A stretch of DNA of 64,000 bases from assembly GCA_035221665.1 (NCBI GenBank), contig CM069148.1, forward strand, positions 46,996,001-47,060,000, written 5' to 3'. Shown here one piece after another: positions 40,028 through 53,272 of this stretch. Positions within the stretch are counted from its first letter, which is position 1. Each line of letters opens with the position of its first letter. The stretch is from Okamejei kenojei. Taxonomy: Eukaryota. The notes beneath the pieces are model-generated. The model was not told the origin of the DNA. It saw only the letters and a program-made list of their open reading frames with translations, and did not search any database. The position numbers were made by a program, and so were the translations under genes.

Positions 40028-40066
40028 CAGGACCCCATGAATATTTTCCACCAGCACCACACACAG
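40028..40066 (+). CDS. Micro-exon type A' (39 nt), AGPHEYFPPAPHT
   Basis: cttcctcttttacag|...CAG|gtttgt. Confidence 0.72.
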
Positions 40067-41902
40067 GTTTGTCCTGGTCTGACAGAGACGACATTCAGCT
40101 CCAGCTCCTTCTGTTTTCTGCTGCTGATCTTCCCTCAGTCTTTCAGTGTTGGCTATAAGTAGAAATTCAAGTTGACCATTTGAACACAGCATCACTTTGG
40201 GGTACAATATCTTTACCTGCCCAAAGCTTTGCTTTCTTTCACTGTGATCTGACCTTGTGATACTCCACCACGAGAAGGACTGGTCCACTTCATTCCCCCA
40301 GGGAAGCAAACGCTTTGAGCAGAGGAGTAATCCCTTTGGTTTTGAGACATAGTGCCCTTGGCCGGGTGGTGAAGTCCTTCCTCATATGAGGTGCGATGGG
40401 CACCCTGAGGCCTGCGGGGTGCCTGAATGTCTGAACTTTCTGTGCACTGCCTCAGTTTGGGCTACTGAGCTGAGGGCCCGTCCACAGTTTAAAATCGACT
40501 TACCTCAGGTGAATACAGGCATGTCTCCACAACATAACACTGGGGTTTCCTGTTGTTTGTCAACATTACCCTAACAATGGTGGGCAAGCAGTATCTGGGG
40601 GCTGGAGTCAGTCTTCACTGCAGCAGGACTGGGTCAGTGAGAGATCCTGTTGGGATGCTGGTTCCCTCTGGTGACCAAAGTCCTTCACACGGATCAGATT
40701 GGTGTCTAGTGCAGTGGCTGCTCGCCAGTGGACATCACACGGGGGGGGATCTTATAGAAGTGTTAAAATCATGGGAGGAATAAATCAGGTAGATGCACAG
40801 TGTCTCTTGCCCAGAGTAGGTGAATCGAAGACCAGGGGGCATAGGTTTAAGGTGAAAGGGAAAAGATTTAATAGGAATCTGAGGGGTAATCTTTTCACAC
40901 AAAGGGTCATGGATGTATGGAGGAGGTAGTTGAGGCAGGATATGGACCAACACAGGCAAGTGTAGATGGGACATGTTGACCAATGTAGGCAAATGGGCCT
41001 GTTTCCACACTGTGACTATGACTCTATGTTGTATTTGAATCTTTTCCTCTGTTGACCTGGTAATCTTGTTGTGTCGGAGCTTCACATTTGCTTAGTCTAG
41101 CTTATTATTGTTGTCACATGAGCCGAGATACATTGTTAAGAGTTTGTTAAGAATGTTAAAGGCTTGGACACGCTCGAGGCAGGAAACATGTTCCCGGTGT
41201 TGGGGGAGTCCTGAACCAGGGGCCACAGTTTAAGGATAAGGAGTAAGCCATTTAGAACAGAGATGAGGAAACATTTTTTCTCACAGAGAGCGAGTCTGTG
41301 GAATTCTCTGTCTCAGAGGGCGGTGGAGGCCGGTTCTCTGGATGCTTTTAAGAGAGAGCTAGATAGGGCTCTTAAAAATAGTGGAGTCAGGGGATATGGG
41401 GAGAAGGCAAGAATGGGGTACTGATTGGGGATAATCAGCCATGATCACATTGAATTGCGGTGCTGGCTCGAACGGCCGAATGGCCTACTCCTGCACCTAT
41501 TGTCTATTGTTTATTTTGCCTGCTATCCAGTCAAAGGAAAGTCTATACATGAATACAATCAAGCCATCCACAGTGCATGGATAAAGGGTATGACATTTAG
41601 TGCTGGATAAAGTCGGACAAAGTCTGAGCAAAGATAATTCAAAGGTCTCCCATGAGGTAGATGGAGGTCAGGACCGCACTCTAATTGATGAGTCCATTCA
41701 GTTGTCTGATAACAGCTGGGATGAAATTGTCCCTGAATCTGGAGGTATGTGTTTTCAAATTTCTGTACCTCTTGCCTGATGTGATAGGGGAGAAGAGGGA
41801 ATGACCAGGGTGAGACTGCTCTTTGATTATGCTGGTCTTTCTGTGCAAGTTCAATGTGGTCCCTTGTTCTTGTTGACTGATATCTGACTTCCTCTTTTAT
41901 AG

Positions 41903-41941
41903 CGGGACCCCATGGGTATTTTCCAAAAGCTCAGCATACAG
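41903..41941 (+). CDS. Micro-exon type A' (39 nt), AGPHGYFPKAQHT
   Basis: ctgacttcctcttttatag|...CAG|gtctga. Confidence 0.68.
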
Positions 41942-42999
41942 GTCTGACCCAAAGGCGGACATTCACCCCCCTGTCGACGACAACCATTGCCTACACTCCG
42001 GCCTCCAGCTGTGACCAATGACTCCGCCAAATCTCACCATTCCCCCAGCCGCTAGTAGACCAGGGCCGTCAACACACCTAATTCCAGGCCCAGTTTCAGA
42101 CTGTCTGAGGAAGGGTCTTTTTCCAGAGCATCATCTCTCCATGTTCTCCAGAGATGCTGCCTGAGATCCCCCCCCCCCCCCCCCCCCTCACCCCATGGTC
42201 GTTATAATGAGGGTTTACTCTATGGACAAAGTTGGATTGTTTTCTCTGGAGAGGTTGAGGGGGAGACCTGATGGAAATATATAAAATACTGAGAGGCATA
42301 GATAGGGTAGACTGTCAGAATCTATCTCCCACAGTGAAAATGTCTAAGACCAAAGTGGTTCTCTAAAGTCAGAAAGGGAAATTTAATGGAAATTTGCTGG
42401 GCAGGTTTATTGGACAGAGTGCATTGGATGCCTGGAATGCACAGCTAGGAATGGTGGTGGAAGCGGATATGATAGCAATCATTGAAGAGGCTTTTAGATA
42501 GGCACGTGGATATGCACGGAATGGAGGGACATGTATCACAATGCGGCAGAGATTAGTTTAACTTGGCATCGTATTCACACAGTTTAATACCATCTGAAAG
42601 GCCTGTTCCTCTGCTACCCTATTCAAAGTTCTGTATTAAATCGTGATCATTTCCATCCATTACTTGTTGGATATTTAAAGGGATCTGAGGAAGCATTGTT
42701 TTCCCCAGTGATTGCTTGAGGAGCAAGCGTTGAGATGTAGTCTAGGGTAGCCTCATGCTTGCTTCATGGATACCCTTGGAAGCAGGTATAACAACTGATT
42801 ACAATAGCTAAATAATGGTTCCCTCACTATGAGCATCTCACTATACCCAGCATAATATGCAAAGGTTTTCAAACAAACAAGGATCAACATTTTATACTGT
42901 TGAAAAATACTCAGCATTTGATTCATTTGTGCTTCATGCAAGGGTGTTCAACTAATTCCAGCCGTTGGAGTAAGCATTGAAAATGCCTTTCTTTTCTAG

Positions 43000-43026
43000 G
43001 CGAACCATACTTCTACAGACCACCAG
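43000..43026 (+). CDS. Micro-exon type C (27 nt), GEPYFYRPP
   Basis: cctttcttttctag|GCGAACC...CCACCAG|gtacaa. Confidence 0.75.
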
Positions 43027-44266
43027 GTACAACAAATTGACCTGCAATGTTTGATAGTTTTTTTCGACTGTGATTACGTTTTGATTCTTTCCATTTAATA
43101 GATCACTACCTTACCTGACACAGTATGTGTGTGTATATAGACAAACTATTATCAGAATCTCTCATGACGACACAAACTCAGTGGGTGCGCTGAGAATATT
43201 TGCACCTTGTACACCAAGGATGTACTCTGAGCTTTGGTTTGAGACTAATACCATCAAATGCAGTCGCTAATATTTTGTCCAGACTGTTCATTTTTGACGC
43301 CAAGATGCTTTTGTCCCACTTTTCCCTCATTTCATCAATTATTTTTAAGTGACATTTTTTCAGAAGACTTGGATGGTGAGTTACCTTACCGCAGTGCTAA
43401 ATATTTTTTCCTTTGCCTGCTGAAAAAGGTTTGTTGCCAAAATATTGAATTGAGCTGCCTCCCTGCCAAAATGGATAAACTGGACTGTATTATACATTGC
43501 AATAGAACATAGAATATAGTACATTACAGCTCTGGAACTCGCCCTTCGGCCCATCATGTCTGTGCTGAACTTGAGGCCAAGTTAAACCAATGTTCTCTGT
43601 CTTCACGTGATCCATAACTCTCCATTCCCAGCGTATCCATGTGTCAATCTAAAAGCTTCTTAAATGCCACTCATAACCATTCATAACCATGCCTTCATCA
43701 GGTGAACTGTTCCAATCTGGTTGCGTGTGCCCTGATGTCTGACACGGCATTAGCAACAGGAAATCCACAGCACCCTTGGCTTTGACCGAGCATCCATTGC
43801 ATTTTGTTTTGTCGACTTTGTTATTAATTAACGGCCGCATTTGATTTGCACTCGAGTGCAAACCAACTGGCTGTTTGCACACACTCTTCAAAGTGTTTCC
43901 AAGTTTTCATCAAATGTAGCCAGAATCTCCAAAGGTGATTTAAGGGCTATTGTGATTCCAACAGGATGAAGGAGATTCTTATTGAGGAGCGAGCTGCGAA
44001 CCTGTACATCTGTTTCTTTGTTTTGATTAGTATCTGGCCAGACTGAGTCAACCCAGTTTTCAAGTCTGCGCCGTGTTGTTCTGAACACAGAGATCAGTTC
44101 CTGTTGTTGTAAGTTGACATTTTTTAACAAGCCAGTGTTGTCAGTTTATGTTGTACAGAGCTGGACAATATCATCAACTTATCAATGCTCATCAACTTAT
44201 TCATCTGTTCTGTAAGCAGCATGTCCACCTAATTCCTTCCTTTGGAAATGTCTTCCTGTTTTTCAG

Positions 44267-44293
44267 GAGAACCGTACTTCTACAGGCCACCAG
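44267..44293 (+). CDS. Micro-exon type C (27 nt), GEPYFYRPP
   Basis: cttcctgtttttcag|GAGAACC...CCACCAG|gtacaa; all three differences from 43000-43026 are synonymous in phase 1. Confidence 0.78.
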
Positions 44294-44334
44294 GTACAAC
44301 AAATTACCTTGCAATATTACCCTGCAATATTTGC

Positions 44335-45482
44335 AATATCGTGACTTTCAGAAAGCCTTTGATAAGGTCCCGCACGGGAGACTGGCGACTAAAATTAAAA
44401 CACATGGTATTGGGGGTAGGGTATTGACATGGATAGAAAATTGGTTGGCAGACCGGAAGCAAAGAGTAGGAGTGAACGGGTCCTTTTCAGAATGGGAGGC
44501 AGTGGCGAGTGGAGTGCCGCAAGGCTCGGTGTTGGGGCCGCAACTGTTTACCATATATATTAATGATTTGGAAGAGGGAATTAGGAGCAACACTAGCAAG
44601 TTTGCAGATGACTCAAAGCAGGGTGGCAGTGTGAACTGTGAAGAGGACGTTAGGAGGTTGCAGGGTGACCTGGACAGGTTGAGTGAGTGGGCAGATGCGT
44701 GGAAGATGCAGTATAATATAGATAAATGTGAGGTTATCCACTTTGCCGGCAAAAACAAGGGGGCAGATTGTTATCTCAATGGGGTTAGGTTAGGTAAGGG
44801 GGAGGTGCAGCGAGACCTGGGCGTCCTTGTACACCAGTCACTGAAAGTTGGCTTACAGGTACAGCAGGCAGTGAAGAAAGTTAATGGAATGTGGGTACAC
44901 AAAAAGCTGGAGAAACTCAGCGGGTGCAGCAGCATCTAAGGAGCGAAGGAGATAGGCGACGTTTCGGGTCGAGACCCTTCTTCAGACCCTTCTTCAAAGT
45001 TAATGGAATGTTGGCCTTCATAACAAGAGGATTTCTTCTGCAGTTGTATAGGGCTCTGGTGAGACCACATCTGGAGTATTGTGTACAGTTTTGGTCTCCT
45101 AATTTGAGAAAGGACATCCTTGTGATTGAGGCAGTGCAACGTAGGTTCACGAGATTGATCCCTTGGATGGCGGGACTGTCATATGAGGAAAGATTGAAAA
45201 AACTAGGCTTGTATTCACTAGAGTTTAGAAGGATGAGGGGGATCGTATATAGAAACATATAAAATTATAAAAGGGTTACACAAAAAGCTGGAGAAACTCA
45301 GCGGGTGCAGCAGCATCTAAGGAGCGAAGGAGATAGGCGACGTTTCGGGTCGAGACCCTTGTGTAACCCTCAATTCTCCAGCATCTGCAGTTTCTTCGTT
45401 AAAATTATAAAAGGTCTGGACAAGCTAGATGCAGGAATCTATGATGCAGGCTCCTCCTGCACCTATTTTCTATGTTTCTATC
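44335..45482 (+). mobile_element. 5'-truncated CR1 LINE containing two short Penelope pLTR insertions
   Basis: DFQKAFDKVPH...[11 protein letters not shown]...FADD; tttctatg tail; insertions at 44893-44995 and 45275-45399. Confidence 0.9.
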
Positions 45483-48065
45483 TAATATTCTGAAGCTTTT
45501 ATCTTTGATACGTTTAAGTCTCTTTACGTTTGCTTCTTACGCTTTATCAATTTCTTCTTGTTTATCTAATTATTTGGAAGTAGAAATGTTTCCAGATTTC
45601 ATCGAGGCATTGGTTCACTGACTAGAGTGATAGAGTGATACAGTGTGGAAACAGGCGCCTCAGCACAACTTGCCCACACCGGCCGACATGTCCCAGCTAT
45701 ACTCGTCCCACCTGCCTGCGTTTGGTCCATATCCCTCCAAATCGGTCCTATCTATGTACTTGTATGTTTCTTAAACGTTGGGATAAAGGGAAGTTACATC
45801 AAACCTTGACCCTTAATCCAGCTTTATGCATACTTGTTGTAGTTTGGTTCAGGAACTGAAAATTGACTTTTTTGCACTCAATTGAGTGAGGTCCAGTTGA
45901 TCTCTTCTCTTTCTCTGTGGCTTTCAGTTCAGTTCAGTTTAGTTTATTGTCACGTGTACCGAGGTACAGTGAAAAGCTTTTGTTGCATGCTATCCAGTCA
46001 GCAGAAAGACAATACATGATTACAATCGAGCCATTTACATTGTACAGAAACATGATAAGGGAAGAATGTTTAGTGCAAGGTAATGGCAGCAAAGTCGGAT
46101 CAAAGATAGTCCGAGGGTCACTAATGAGGTAAATAGTAGTCACAGACTGCTCTCTGGCTGTGATGTGATGGTTCAGTTGCCTGATAGCAGCTGGGAAGAA
46201 ACTGTCCCTGAATCTGGAGGTGTGCACTTTCAGACTTCTATATATTTTGTTCAATGGAAGAGGGGAGTAGAGGGAGTGGCAGGGTGCGACTCGTCCTTGA
46301 TAATGCTGCTGGCCTGCCAGTTTTGGACAAAATGATCCCATCGGTTCTTTATTCATGTTTCCGGTAATCTCCATCCTTTTCCAATTTCATTGAAAAATTT
46401 GACTTTTTCATAATTTAATAATTCCTTATGACATAGAAGGAAGCCATTCAACCCATCAATTATATACTGGCCTTCTAAGCAACCCTCTCAATTGCAGGTC
46501 CCTTTGTATTTCCCTTCTTTCTTGCACATGCCCATTTCCCACTCGTATTTAAAAAAAACCAGCATATTATAGTAGCCAATTGTCCTACCAACTCACATGT
46601 CTTTGGGATGTGTGAGAAGACTTGGGATCCCCCCTGGTCTCAGGAAGATCATGCAAACCTCACACAGAAAGCACCCAAAATTTGAAATCTAGGTCACTGA
46701 AATCTGTAAGACATTAGGAGACAGTCCAGAGTGAAAGAGCTAATAGTCAAATCTAATAGTCAAATCTAAAATGGAGTCATTCTTCCACAAAACCTTGATC
46801 GAGTAGAACAAAAGAATGGCTCGGTGCCAAGTCTGAATGACTTTGTAAATTATATGGAGCACAATAGGTTATCTTTTCAATAAAGCCATTAAGATGGCAG
46901 CTTGCAGTAATAACAGGTGCTCCTTTTCAAGGCCGTAAAGAAGCCAAGACTGAAAAAAATAGCTGACGCTCCAGAGATAAGTAATAACATGTTATTGGAT
47001 GAGCTTGATTTGGACCCAGCTTTTCTTATGTTCTGAAAGGCGACAGAATCTTTCAGTCATGCCATATTCGGACTTGGTAGGAGTGTTTTACTGATAAGAA
47101 AAATGTATAATTGTGCTAACTCTCCTTTGTTCTGTGAGTGGAGCCTGAGAAGCACTGAGCAACGTTTGTGCTCATTGTAGATCTTTGCCACTCTCGTCTG
47201 ACGAATCAATTAAAAATTGCCATGGTTTACCTTTTACAGTTGCTATCTGCTTTTCAAGAAACAAACCTTGACAAGAGGATGTTTATAAGAATGATCTCAG
47301 GGATAATTGGGTTAACAAACGAGGACATTTGAAGGCTCTGAGCCTGTGCTCGCTGGAGTTTAGTTTAGTAACAAGGTACAGTGAAAAGCTTTTTGTTGCT
47401 ATCCTGTCAGTGAAAAGACTATACTCAATTGACAGAATAAATGTGATTTCTGCAGAGGACCTCCAAGGAAGTGTAAAATGCATGAAGTTGATTGGATTAA
47501 AGCAAACTAAGTGTATATATTGTAAATAATGTTGCTAGACAGTTACCCTGCTGTTTGTTGATTGGCCAAAGTGTTGAGCCCCTGGTAGGTTTGCTTGGAT
47601 TCCAGGGTAATGTCAATAATATATGGTTGTAATTAATATGTTTGATTGGATTGTATTATTATCCTTATTAACAATACAAGATTACAATCAAGCCATCCAC
47701 AGTGCACTGATATAGGATAAAAGGTATAACGGTTGTGCAAGGTAAATTACAGTTTGAAGGTCTTCAATGGAGTAGATGGAAGCTCTCTAGTTGTTGAGAA
47801 GACCGAGGTGCCTGATAACATCTGGGAAGAGATTGTCCCTGATTCTCTGAGGTATGCATTTTCAAACTTCTGTACATCTTTCCTGATGAGCGAGAGGATA
47901 AGAGGGAATGACCGGGGGGAGATTGGTCCTTGGTTATGTCGGTGACCTTGCCGAGGCAGTGTGAAGTGTAAATGGAAGGGAGATTGACTTGTGTGATAGT
48001 CTAGGCTATGTCCAGAACTCTCTGCAGTATCTTGCAGTCTTGGTTGGAGCTGTTCCTGGCCTTAT

Positions 48066-48632
48066 TGGCCTGTCCCACTGCCGTCAACTGTCATAGTCGC
48101 AGTGGTTCGCCAAAAAAACGGTGACTGAACCCCCCTACGACAATGTCTACGTAAATGTCTACAGAACCTACCACCTGGTCGATGTCCAGCTACGGCAAGC
48201 TGCCGACAACTGGCAACACATTAGGAAGTCCACCTATGACCACACCTACGACAACCTACGTCCACCCGTGACAAGAAACGGCAAGGTCAGACAATTCAAT
48301 CGCCGATACCTGTCACCGGTTGCCGTAGGTAGTCGCCAATGGAATTCACCGAAGTCAGCACTGGCGACAACCTACCTCACCTGGCGACATCCTACATCAT
48401 CCTAGCGACAACCTACGGCAAGAGAAGACAACCTACGATAATTGGCATCAAGTACCACTCTGGCTGACTGTCGCAGAAAGGTTTTGAACATTTCAAAATC
48501 TAGTGGCGACCAGAAAAATGCTACGACTCTTTGGGCGACTGATGAGACCAGTCACAACCATACAGGCAACACCCCACGACCATGTGGCGACAGCCTAGTC
48601 ACCTAAAAAAATCACCTAAGTTGGACAGGGAG
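48066..48632. mobile_element. Probable Harbinger-like MITE
   Basis: Ends ggcctgtcccact / agttggacaggg resemble the TIRs of 1665-4093; internal gacaacctac repeats. Confidence 0.45.
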
Positions 48633-48639
48633 ATTATGT

Positions 48640-50710
48640 TAAATTCTTCGTTGTGCTGATGCAGTGGTCCTGTCCAACTCTTGCTCTCCGCACCTGGAAC
48701 ACCTGGTGGTGGGATCTCAATCAAAAGCATCCTTTGTCTGCAGAGATGCTGCCTGACCCGTTGAGTTACTCCAGTAAACGTGTCAATCTTGGGTGATGTG
48801 CCGTCCCTTCAATCTCCCGAGGGAATTCACCTCCATCATCATGACTGCGGTCTGCATCCCACCCCTGACAGATGTTCATCGAGCTCTGCAACATCTGCAC
48901 ACCATGGTCAGCAAACACCAGACGATGTATCCCAACGACCTTTCATATTGTAAACAAGGACCTCAACAAGGCCAGCTTGACGAAATCACTACCAAACTAC
49001 TAACTACGACCAAGTCCTGCAGCTTCAAAGAATCAAACACCCTTGACCACAGCTATTTTACCATCGGGATGCCTATCACTCCATCCCTCACCCTCACTTT
49101 AGGGAAATTTGACCATCTGTTTGCTCCTTCTTCCCTTGTACAAGCAGCGACTGGAGAGTGCAGCCCCTGTGGTGAGGATTGTGCAGAGCTGATCAGGGGA
49201 GGCAGAGGACTGAATCCAGGATTGCTTGGAGTCGGCAGACTGGCCAATGTTCAAGGACTCGGCCACACACCTGAACGAAAACATTACGGTTGTTACCGAC
49301 TTCATAATGAAATTTGTGGGGGAATGTGTTCCCATAAAAATAATCCAAGTGTTCCCCAAATGGAAGCCTGGGATGAATCGGGAGGTCCACAATCTTCTCT
49401 GGACCAGACCAAGTTCAAATACAACCTCCAAGGCCATCCAAAAGGCTAAAATTGATTTTTGCTCTAAACTGGAGGTTAAGCCAAACATTTTGCACCTATA
49501 GCAGGGCTTGCATGCCATGACTTCCTACAAGGCAAAACCAGGAGGCAGCTCAAGTGACAGCGAGGCATCACTCCCAGATGAGCTCAATGCATTCTATGCA
49601 TGCTGCAATCGAGAGAACATTAACGTGCCTTCTCATACCCCCGTAGTCCCCAATGGTATTGCAATCTCAATCACCGAGGCCAACGTGAAGCTCCTTCAGG
49701 AGGGTGAACCCTGGGACCTGATGGTGTATCTAGTTGCTTTCTCAAAACCTGCACAGACCAACTGCCTGGAGTTTTTGCAGTCTTATTTAACCCCTCGTTA
49801 TTGAGGTCTGATTGTCTTACCTGCTTTAAGTGAGAGTAAGGTGACGTGCCTCAATTACTATAGACCGATAGAAGTGTTGTTCATGGTGATGAGGTGCTTT
49901 GAGAGGTGTGTTATGGCGGATATCAACTTCTATCTCAGCAAGAACCTGGGCCCACTACAGTTTGCCTACTGCCACTATAGAGCAACGGAAGATGTGATCT
50001 TGCTGGCTCTCCACTCCGCACTAAACCATTCGGACAATATGAACACATGTCAGGCTGTGGTTCATAGAGACAGCGTGGCATTCAACATCATTATCCCCAA
50101 CGCACCTGTTACCAAGATCAGAAACGTGCATCCCTTTGCAACTGAATCCTCAACTTCCTCATCAACAGAGTAAAATTGGTGCAAATTGGCAACACTTCCT
50201 CCTTGATAACTATCAGCACAGGGGCACCTCAAAGCTGTGTGCTGAGTCATCCGTTCTACTCACTCTACACCCTGACTGTGTAGCCGGGTACAATTCCAAC
50301 CCTATTTTTTTAAATCGCTGACAACACCACCAATGTTGGATGAATTGCGGATAATGATGAGTACAAGATGATCGTCTGACTGAATGAATCGAGAACACCA
50401 ACTTTGTTCCCTAATTCAGAAAAACCAAGGAACTGATTGTTGACTTTAGAAGAGGAAGGCCAAGAATTCACAAACCTGTCTTTATTGACAGGACAGTGGT
50501 GGAGAAAGTCAACAAGTTCCTGGGCATACATATCTCTGTCCTGGACCCAGCACATTGATGTAATCATAAAGAAACCCCATCAATGCCTGCTTAGACTGAG
50601 GAGATTGTGTCGACAAATATCCTCTTGAACTTATACAGGTGCATGGTAGGGAGTATGTTGACTTATTGCATCATGGCCTGGAATGCCCAGGAATGAAGGA
50701 GATTGCACTA
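48640..50710 (+). mobile_element. Degenerate Rex1/Babar LINE (APE plus RT)
   Basis: CRPFNLPREFTSIIMTAVCIPP, SLPDELNAFYA, CLNYYRPI...MRCFER, PLQFAY. Confidence 0.8.
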
Positions 50711-50829
50711 ACCCAAACCAAAGTCCGATGGAGCTGCATCATGACTTCCTGACTCTTAATTTCGTTGCTCCTAGCAATGAAAGCAAGCATACCATATACA
50801 TTATTTGTTTTAATTTGTTTTAATTTTTA

Positions 50830-51310
50830 TTTATTAGAAGCCGTGTACAAAAATATAAGCAGCGGTATATGACATAACAGTTATTGTACAGCTTCAATTT
50901 TAATTTGTAGCTAAAGATGAAAGAAAAGAGAGAAAAAGCAAGAGAGAGAAAAAGTGGTTGTGCAAGAATAGAACCCCTGGACTACCAAATTAGTGTAGCC
51001 AAAGAGTGAGTAAGTAAAAGAAATAAGAAAGACGTAGAGAAATAAAAAGGACAAAAACAGAAAAGAAAACCTGCTTCGTATCCCTCCCCACCCATCACCC
51101 AGCAAAATTGTGTTGCACCATAGTATCCTTGTAATGAATCTATGAATGGTGTCCATGTCTTCGAAAAATACTCTGGTTTTTCTGCTAAGACAAGTCTCAT
51201 ATTTTCAAGATGTAGCATCTCAGACATGTTTGTAATCCACATTTTGAGAGTAGGGGCAGATGTATGTTTCCAAAATTTGTTTATTAGTTTTTTCGCCATT
51301 ATCGGACCAT
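50830..51310 (-). mobile_element. L1/Tx1-like LINE 3' fragment
   Basis: AKKLINKFWK...PTLKMWITNMSEMLHLE...WTPFI, similar to the 62530-62715 C-terminus. Confidence 0.65.
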
Positions 51311-52669
51311 AATTGAGTCATAGAGTGATACAGCGTGGAAACAGGCCCTTCGGTCCAACTTGCCCACACCGGCCAACACTGACCTAGCTACACTAGTTCC
51401 ACCTGCCTGTGCTTGGTCCATATCCCTTCAAACCTGTCCCATCCATGTACCTGCCTAACTGTTTCTTAAATGTTGGGATAGTCCCAGCCTCAACTAACTA
51501 ATCTGGTAGCTTGTTCCATTAACCCACCACCCTTTGTGTGACAAAGGTACCCCTCCAATTCCGATTAAATCTTTTCCCCTTCACCTTGAACCTATATTCT
51601 CTGGTCCTCGATCTCCCCTACTCTGTGCATCTACCCGATCAATTCCTCTCATTAATTTACACACCACTATAAGATCACCCCTCATCCTCTTGCGCTCCTA
51701 GGAATTGGGACCTAGCCTATTCAACCTCTCCCTATACATAGCTCACACTCTCTAGTCATGCCAACATCCTCATAAATCTTCATTGAACCCTTTCAAGCTT
51801 GACAATAGTTGAACCCTTTCAACTCTTATAGACTTGGACCCCAAGCATCTGAGCACTAATTACAAATTTTTGTGGATGTTGTTATCATTTTTTTCTCAAG
51901 TGCAAACCAACTGAATATATGCACAGGCTCTTCATAAAATTTCCAAGTTTTCATCAAATATGGCAAGAATCTGTGCTGCAGAATGTGAGGGATGATATTA
52001 ATTTCCATTGTGCAGGACTGGATGTGCAAGATTCTGTTGAGTTCATAAGAGATAGGAACAGAATTAGGCTATTCAGCCCATCAAGTCTACTCTGCCATTC
52101 AATCATAGCTAATCTATCTCTCCATCTTAACCCAATTCTCCTGCATTAATCCCATAACCCCTGACATCCATACTAATGATGAATCTGTCTATCTCTGCTT
52201 TAAAAAATATCCATTGACCTGGTCTCCACAGCCTTCTGTGGAGTGAGCTGTGAATTGGTATGTCTGATTCTTTGCTTTGATCAGTATCAGGCCTGGCTCA
52301 GACTGGGTTGACACCATTTTAAGTCTTCATCAAATGCAGCATGAATCTCCAAAGGAGCTACGGAATTTCGGGGCTAATGTGATTCCAACTGCGAAGGACT
52401 GGATGAGCGAGATTTTCATTCAGAAGTGATCTGTGATTTTTTTTTTGCTTTGATCAGTATCGGGCCTGAGTCGGCCAGACTGGTCGCCCAGTTTTCAAGT
52501 CTGTGTCCTGTTGCACTGAACACAGACATCAGGTCCTGTTGCTGTGATAGGACATCGTCTAACAAACCATGGTTGCCGGTTTTCATTATATCTAATGCTC
52601 AACAACTGGTTCATCTGATTGTAATGCCTAACTAACTTCTTCCTTTGGAAATGTAATTCTGTTTTCCAG

Positions 52670-52693
52670 ATGAGCCCTACTACAGGCTACCAG
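52670..52693 (+). CDS. Micro-exon type C (24 nt), DEPYYRLP
   Basis: ttctgttttccag|ATGAGCC...CTACCAG|gtacag; one-codon in-frame deletion. Confidence 0.7.
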
Positions 52694-52799
52694 GTACAGC
52701 AAATTGACCTACATTGTTCCATAGTATACATTTTAAGTTCTATCCATTTTTCCCATACCTCTAATTATTTAGAAGTATAAGTATTCCTAGATTATTTAG

Positions 52800-53272
52800 A
52801 CAATAGATGCAGGAGTAGACCATTCTGCCCTTCGAGCCAGCACCGCCATTCAATGTGACCATAGCTGATCATCCACAATCAGTACCCCGTTCCTGCCTTC
52901 TCCCCATATCCCCTGACTCCGCTATCTTTCAGAGCCCTATCAAGCTCTCTCTTGAAAGTATCCAGAGAACCGGCCTCCAGAGACTCACAACTCTCTCTGT
53001 GAAAAAGTGTTTGGTCATCTCCATTCTAAATGCCTTACCCCTTATTTTAAACTGGGGCCCCTGGTTCTGGACTCCCCCAACATCGGGAACATGTTTCCTG
53101 CCTCTAGCGTGTCCAAACCCTTAATTAACTTGTATGCTTCAATAAGATTCCCTCTGATCCTTCTAAATTCCAGAGTATACAAGCCCAGCCACTCCATTTG
53201 CTCAGCATATGACAGTCCCGCCATCCCGGGAATTAACCTTGTGAAACTACGCTGCATTCCTTCAGTAGCAAG
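52800..53272 (-). mobile_element. CR1 LINE 3' fragment (duplicated at ~55470-55965)
   Basis: QRSFTRLIPGMAGLSY...LGLYTLEFRRIRGNLIE on the minus strand. Confidence 0.8.
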
